Below, piece after piece: positions 11,681-15,942 of a stretch of DNA of 15,942 nucleotides. The first letter of the stretch is position 1. Every line of letters begins with the position of its first letter. Origin of the DNA: Ginkgo biloba (Eukaryota > Plantae > Ginkgophyta); NCBI GenBank assembly GCA_024626585.2, contig JANKJI020000004.1, positions 79,777,670-79,793,611 on the forward strand. The letters are read 5' to 3'. The position numbers were made by a program, and so were the translations under genes. The notes beneath the pieces are model-generated. The model was not told the origin of the DNA. It searched no databases and saw nothing but the letters and a program-made list of their open reading frames with translations.

Positions 11681-12366
11681 TGTTGGGTTAATTATTTTTC
11701 AACTAGTCAATCATTAATTATTCAATATTTTATAAGGTTTATACAACTATTGGATGAAGGAAATTATAAACGTCGGAGTTAACTTAAACTGACACCAACA
11801 TAAGTTATTTCACCAATGAATGTCTGAGTTGTCTCAGACTAACACTGATAGGATTCACATCATCGATGAATTTTAGGATGGTCTCATTCGATTCTAATAG
11901 GAGTTCATCACTAACACCACCAAGAGCCACCTCAAATTGATAATGACACGAGTTATCCTTGGCTAACACTAATAAGGATCTATCACCGATGCTAAGAAAG
12001 GAGTCCAACATCAATGGAGAGTCACCAATAGAACCTTCATCGATGAGAGTCTTCGACAATATCTGTGTAACATAACTTATGTGATGGTTATCATAACCGT
12101 CTGCATCATGTATTAATATTAGATTTATGATAAGATAGATAAAGAGTTAATTATACTAGAGGATGATGAATTATGATGTAATATCTTATATAATTTATAT
12201 AATCTATATACTTGGATCTCTATGATAATACAAGGATTTGATGGTTTCCTGCATACATGTGTATGGTGCTTTATATGATTGAAGAAAATGTGAATGACTA
12301 GTCTTGATATCATCTGATAAGTAGGAAATAACATTGTACCACTATTAGGCAACCGTATGCTTAACA
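11681..12366 (+). mobile_element. Probable solo LTR (~686 bp) of an LTR retrotransposon
   Basis: Termini are TGTTGGGT...GCTTAACA (TG..CA, imperfect inverted ends). There is an internal array of CACCGATG-like motifs followed by a TATA-rich block (~12185-12210). No adjacent PBS or PPT. The 5-bp flanks (ATCCT/ACAAC) do not match, so there is no TSD. Confidence 0.55.
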
Positions 12367-12379
12367 ACAACTAAGGTCA

Positions 12380-12807
12380 TATGATGCACTTAGATTGAAA
12401 AATTGGTTAATTAAGTAATTAATTAGGATTAGGGATAATTAATTAGTTATTAATCATCTCATCTATTATTGAAAAAGGGATGCACACTCTATATCCACCA
12501 TCCATTTAGGACAAGTCACTTGCATGTATGCACACTCTTTTTTCCACCATCCAACTAGGACAAGCCACTTTTCATGCATGTACTAGCTATCTCATATTCA
12601 TTTTCTAATATGAGATAGTGATATAAAATAGAATATTCCTTAATTAGATTTAGGTTTTCTAAGTTTAGACGTAGTGATTATCATAAACAATTATAATTGA
12701 GAGCATTCTCACTAATTAAGATTGTGCCTCATGGAGTTGCAGATTCAATTTTGGTTCTCTTGTGATGCAAGAGTAGTTCCTTCACCATAGTAACTAGGAG
12801 CATTACA
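12380..12807 (+). mobile_element. Probable decayed short solo LTR (~428 bp)
   Basis: Left end TATGATGCACTTAG matches the reverse complement of the right end CTAGGAGCATTACA at 10/14 positions (ancestral TGTAATG...CATTACA type). It contains a TAATTAA-rich 5' part, a 48-bp tandem duplication and a TATAAAA at ~12622. No TSD match. Confidence 0.4.
12480..12577. repeat. 48-bp tandem duplication (2 copies)
   Basis: ATGCACACTCT....CCACCATCCA..TAGGACAAG.CACTT starts at 12480 and again at 12528. Confidence 0.9.
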
Positions 12808-13482
12808 AGAAATCAATAATAGTATGAGTGAAATATATATAGTATGATTGTAAATGAGTGAAATAACAACAAGAACTCATTTACTTATGTGCATTCTACA
12901 ACAAAGTTTCAATTTTCACAATGAGTGAAATGGTTTCAAATGTGAAAAATATGCCCTGAAATAGTTCTACGACTTGTACGATTTCAGTGTTAGAACACAT
13001 CAGTGCTATTTTACAAACCCTATAATCCTAGATAGGAACATTTATGTGTACCACTTTTAAACTTCCCAAAATTTTATTGAATGGATTTTGTTCCAAGATT
13101 AGGTAGTGGACTTTCTCTCCTCTAGGAAAATGTTAATAGTAAAAACACAAATCCAAACGCTATACTAAGAGTAGAGTACGAAAGCATCTCTAACTCTATT
13201 TCTTCAAGTATAATTCCAAGTTTATTTTTGGAGATCCCTACAAGTTTTGAGTGAGAAAAAGAAAACAAAGAAATATTTCAATTCAATTTTTATGGGTACT
13301 TTTTGTTGCTTCGATAGTTAAAGAAGTAGAGTTGGTATATTATCCTTGATGGGTGGACAAAAGTGGCAGAATAGTCGCATCGTAATTGTGAGGCCTTGGT
13401 AACTATAGTTTGTTTGTGGCTAAGATTTCTCATCTTCAAGGAACACTTCTTTAATGAATGCCTAAAGATTTTACAAGTTTAC

Positions 13483-13585
13483 CTGCGATTTGCTCCATCT
13501 CTTGCATCTGCTGCTGCCAAAACATCTGCAGCTGCTGTTTCTGGAGCTGCATGTAATGAAGATGAGGCTGCATCGGCCCTTGTAG
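13483..13585 (-). CDS. NF-YC: Coding exon of a nuclear transcription factor Y subunit C (NF-YC/HAP5) gene; Gln-rich helix just N-terminal to the histone-fold domain
   Basis: The minus strand reads ttgtttgttaaatttccag|CTACAAGGG...CAAATCGCAG|gtaaac (acceptor AG 13587-13586, donor GT 13482-13481). The exon is 103 nt (34 codons + 1 nt) and translates LQGPMQPHLHYMQLQKQQLQMFWQQQMQEMEQIA. QQLQMFWxxQMQExEQ is the conserved plant NF-YC motif that precedes (D/E)FKxHxLPLARIKKIMK, and the leftover G fits the first base of that D/E codon. Protein similarity stops exactly at the donor. Confidence 0.87.
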
Positions 13586-14139
13586 CTGGAAATTTAACAA
13601 ACAAATGCAATCATATTCATTAAAACAGCCCTTAAAACATACAAATCCCAGTCTGGTGGCATCCAAGAACAGGAAGAACCCCGATATGACCAAACCCTCA
13701 TATTCAAAGCCAAAAAAAAATCTTCCAAATCTTCTTGGCATAGGATAGATCCATGGGACAAAAATAACCATCAGTTCAAAGCATAATAGGAATTCAGAAT
13801 ATAAAAGAGAATCACGCATGCTACTTACCCTTGGCAAAGAAATTTCATAGAGGAATTATATGCAAAAATATAACAAGAAATACAAGATGTTAAAACCTAT
13901 TCAAATGAAGTTTACTTGTTGAAATTGAATGCAACACCTACAAATAAAGGACCTAATCTCTAAAATGAGTTCCCACTTGCTTGTTTAGAATGATTCAACA
14001 ATCAAAACAGATGAGGCTTTTTCTTAATATGAGCTCAAATTCTTTTAAAAGCTTTGAAAAGATAAACCTTCTATCCTGTTGGAACCCTAAGAATTCTCCC
14101 GTGCCATGGATTTATAGCAATTACAAATATTGTTCATAA

Positions 14140-14989
14140 GCTAAAAGGAGTTTCTCAAATTTTTGAAGTAAAATTGAGTTTTGTTAGGTTGGATTTGGAG
14201 ATGTATCTTGGATGTAATTTTATTTTTGATTGAATCGGATTAATACATCTCTCAATTTCTCAAATTTATGAAATAAGATCAAACCTTTGCTTAGCACTAG
14301 CAAACATAAATTAATCCTCCTTGCAACATCCGTGCAAGTTGTTGAAGGGCAAGAGATCCTAAATGCAAGAATTCTTCAAAAAAGGAAAAGAGGATCTAGA
14401 CAATTAGGGATGTAGCTTCCGCTTCTTCCTTCCAAGGAGGCTGATCTGCTGCCTGAAACCCTAAGGTTCAACTCAAACACACAAGATGTTTGGGCTGCTG
14501 AAAGCGAGGAGGTTGAGTACTTTCTGAGGAGGCCGGTAGAACAAAGGAGGCTCTAGTTAATAGCATGGAGTTTTGAGGTTTATTTCAAATATTTGTTTGT
14601 AAGTTTCCAAATAGATATAAGCCAGCAGTATGGTTTGGATGGGGTGTCGTCCTCCTCATTGGATCTGTTGTTCTGTTGCAGGTACTTCAAGCATCTGGTG
14701 GCTCGGTCGATTGGCTCAGACAACGTTTTCTCGGTACTCATTTGCTAAATTAGTGGCCCAACCATGTTGGGGCATGTGGCAAGTTTGAGTTCAGATGGCC
14801 TCCCTCTACCTCTTTAGTTGGTTTAGTTTGAGGTGTTTATTGGGTTATCCGATAGCAAGTAGTGCCAACCTACTGACCTGTGATTTGTTTTGGCACATTG
14901 AGAGGTGGTCACCCTACGATCCCTCTTGGTTTTATGTTGATTTTGCATGTACTTCTTCTGATTAATAGAATCATTTTATTATTAAAAAA
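14140..14989 (+). mobile_element. 5'-truncated non-LTR retrotransposon (LINE-like) insertion, antisense to NF-YC
   Basis: Flanked by a 15-bp direct repeat with one mismatch: AAATATTGTTCATAA (14125-14139) and AAACATTGTTCATAA (14990-15004). It ends in ttaatagaatcattttattatt plus an A-run. It starts abruptly inside a decayed reading frame (14140-14556) that is followed by a GT-rich 3'UTR-like segment. These are hallmarks of target-primed reverse transcription. No RT motif is retained. Confidence 0.75.
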
Positions 14990-15749
14990 AAACATTGTTC
15001 ATAACAAAGGCTTAAATCCATCTTGCCATAATTTCCTTTATCGACTTTGATGGTACTTGCAAGGATCCAAACCTTCCTGAAAAAGGATTGGAACCTCCCT
15101 TCATGCTAGTGATTACTTCTTGAGCATTAAGCATGTAGAAATTAACAAACCATAGGGCAACGGATAAAATCTATAGAAGGCCGTGCAAAACACAATTGTA
15201 TTAATGCACGGAGGTTCTGATAGTCAGATGCCACATTAACATTGCTCAATAATGGTGTATGGGGCATTCATGAATCATAGTGTATCTCCATGCCATAACA
15301 AGGTTAAGTTCCATCAAGTTGGGTGCACTTTGATCATGTACATCCATTTTGAAGAGCAAAGTTGGTCGGATGTTCCATCATCTTCTGATGGGACTCCTAA
15401 TCAACAAAGGAGAGTAATTGACAATGAGGCACATTTTTTACTAGTCAAATGCTTTATGGACAGACCCCAACTTATCATGACATCAACTTTTTATCATGGA
15501 CTGCTAGCATGGATCACAATTTTCTTCCAGTGAGCCCAGTCAATCTGCCTATGTACTTTAATGCTTTACATTTATATACTTGTTTTTATGTTTAGCAAAA
15601 AGCTATTTGAAATGTTCAAACAATTTCCACACTATAAACAATAAAATGTTATTGACAGCACAGCAGCTTGTTCAATTTCTTAGCAATCTATAGTTAGACT
15701 GGATGTCAAACCTCCTTATAAAATCTATGAAGAGGAAACCCTGCAGAAC

Positions 15750-15777
15750 CTTATATGATGACAAGCATGAAGTATCC
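15750..15777 (-). CDS. Candidate 28-nt upstream micro-exon of the NF-YC gene (coding or 5'UTR)
   Basis: Minus strand: ttatttaattgtttatttatcag|GGATACTTCATGCTTGTCATCATATAAG|gttctg. It has a T-rich acceptor and an AAG|GT donor. Read as G+DTSCLSSYK it ends in phase 0, matching the phase-0 start of exon 13585. No homology support. Confidence 0.3.
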
Positions 15778-15942
15778 CTGATAAATAAACAATTAAATAA
15801 TTACAATTACATCTTTGTAGGACCCCTTAACAAAACTGCACAATTAAAATAAATGCGAAGTTTCCACACACTCCAATCCCATCATGCTACAAGAAAAATC
15901 CCAGAAATGCCATTTATATAGAGCCAGCCACAAGAAACAGAA

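Larger units (their letters stand above)
1..13482 (-). other. Probable long, TE-filled intron of the NF-YC gene (3' end not seen)
   Basis: Begins at the GT donor at 13482. No LPLARIKK-encoding exon was found by eye or in the ORF track downstream on the minus strand. Caveat: an exon could hide in an N-gap, or scaffolding across the gaps could be wrong. Confidence 0.55.

Noticed and set aside
10594-12370. Short ORFs at 10594, 11049, 11423, 11805 and 12125
   Set aside because: They lie in LTR-like non-coding repeats and show no gag, protease, RT, RNase H or integrase motifs.
13396-13623. Ala-rich 75-aa plus-strand ORF
   Set aside because: It is the antisense shadow of the CAG-rich NF-YC exon.
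13451-13837. 128-aa minus-strand ORF as a complete gene
   Set aside because: Only 13483-13585 is NF-YC-like. The Phe-rich upstream part is T-rich intron read-through, and the tail after QIA runs past the GT donor.
14456-14464. AAACCCTAA telomere/telo-box motif (similar single motifs near 10190, 13015, 14083)
   Set aside because: Isolated single copies within TE or intron sequence; not an array.
15252-15533. 93-aa plus-strand ORF, and an overlapping minus-strand ag|ESHQKMMEHPTNFALQNG segment
   Set aside because: No recognisable domain. The minus-strand candidate has only a weak donor in the wrong phase to join exon 13585.

Overview
AT-rich, CpG-depleted eukaryotic DNA from a fragmented assembly with seven N-gaps (1060-1159, 1598-1607, 2826-2835, 3612-3711, 5029-5068, 5326-5424, 6644-6743). 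It looks like a large, methylated land-plant genome, possibly a gymnosperm (inference from repeat style and intron scale). The only recognisable host-gene sequence is a 103-bp minus-strand exon (13483-13585) encoding LQGPMQPHLHYMQLQKQQLQMFWQQQMQEMEQIA, the helix immediately preceding the histone-fold domain of an NF-YC (HAP5) CCAAT-binding subunit, with clean AG/GT splice sites. I could not find the next exon (expected to read E/D-F-K-x-H-x-LPLARIKK), so most of the window is probably intron filled with transposon debris. That debris includes a 376-bp non-autonomous hAT element with a perfect 8-bp TSD, an ~850-bp 5'-truncated LINE-like insertion with an A-tail and 15-bp TSD, several LTR-like segments and degenerate tandem repeats. 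I see no rRNA, tRNA, CRISPR array or intact transposon ORF, and no convincing wholly new biological system. The best leads are the intron-split NF-YC architecture, a candidate micro-exon, and the unrecognised ORF tail in the LINE-like insertion.
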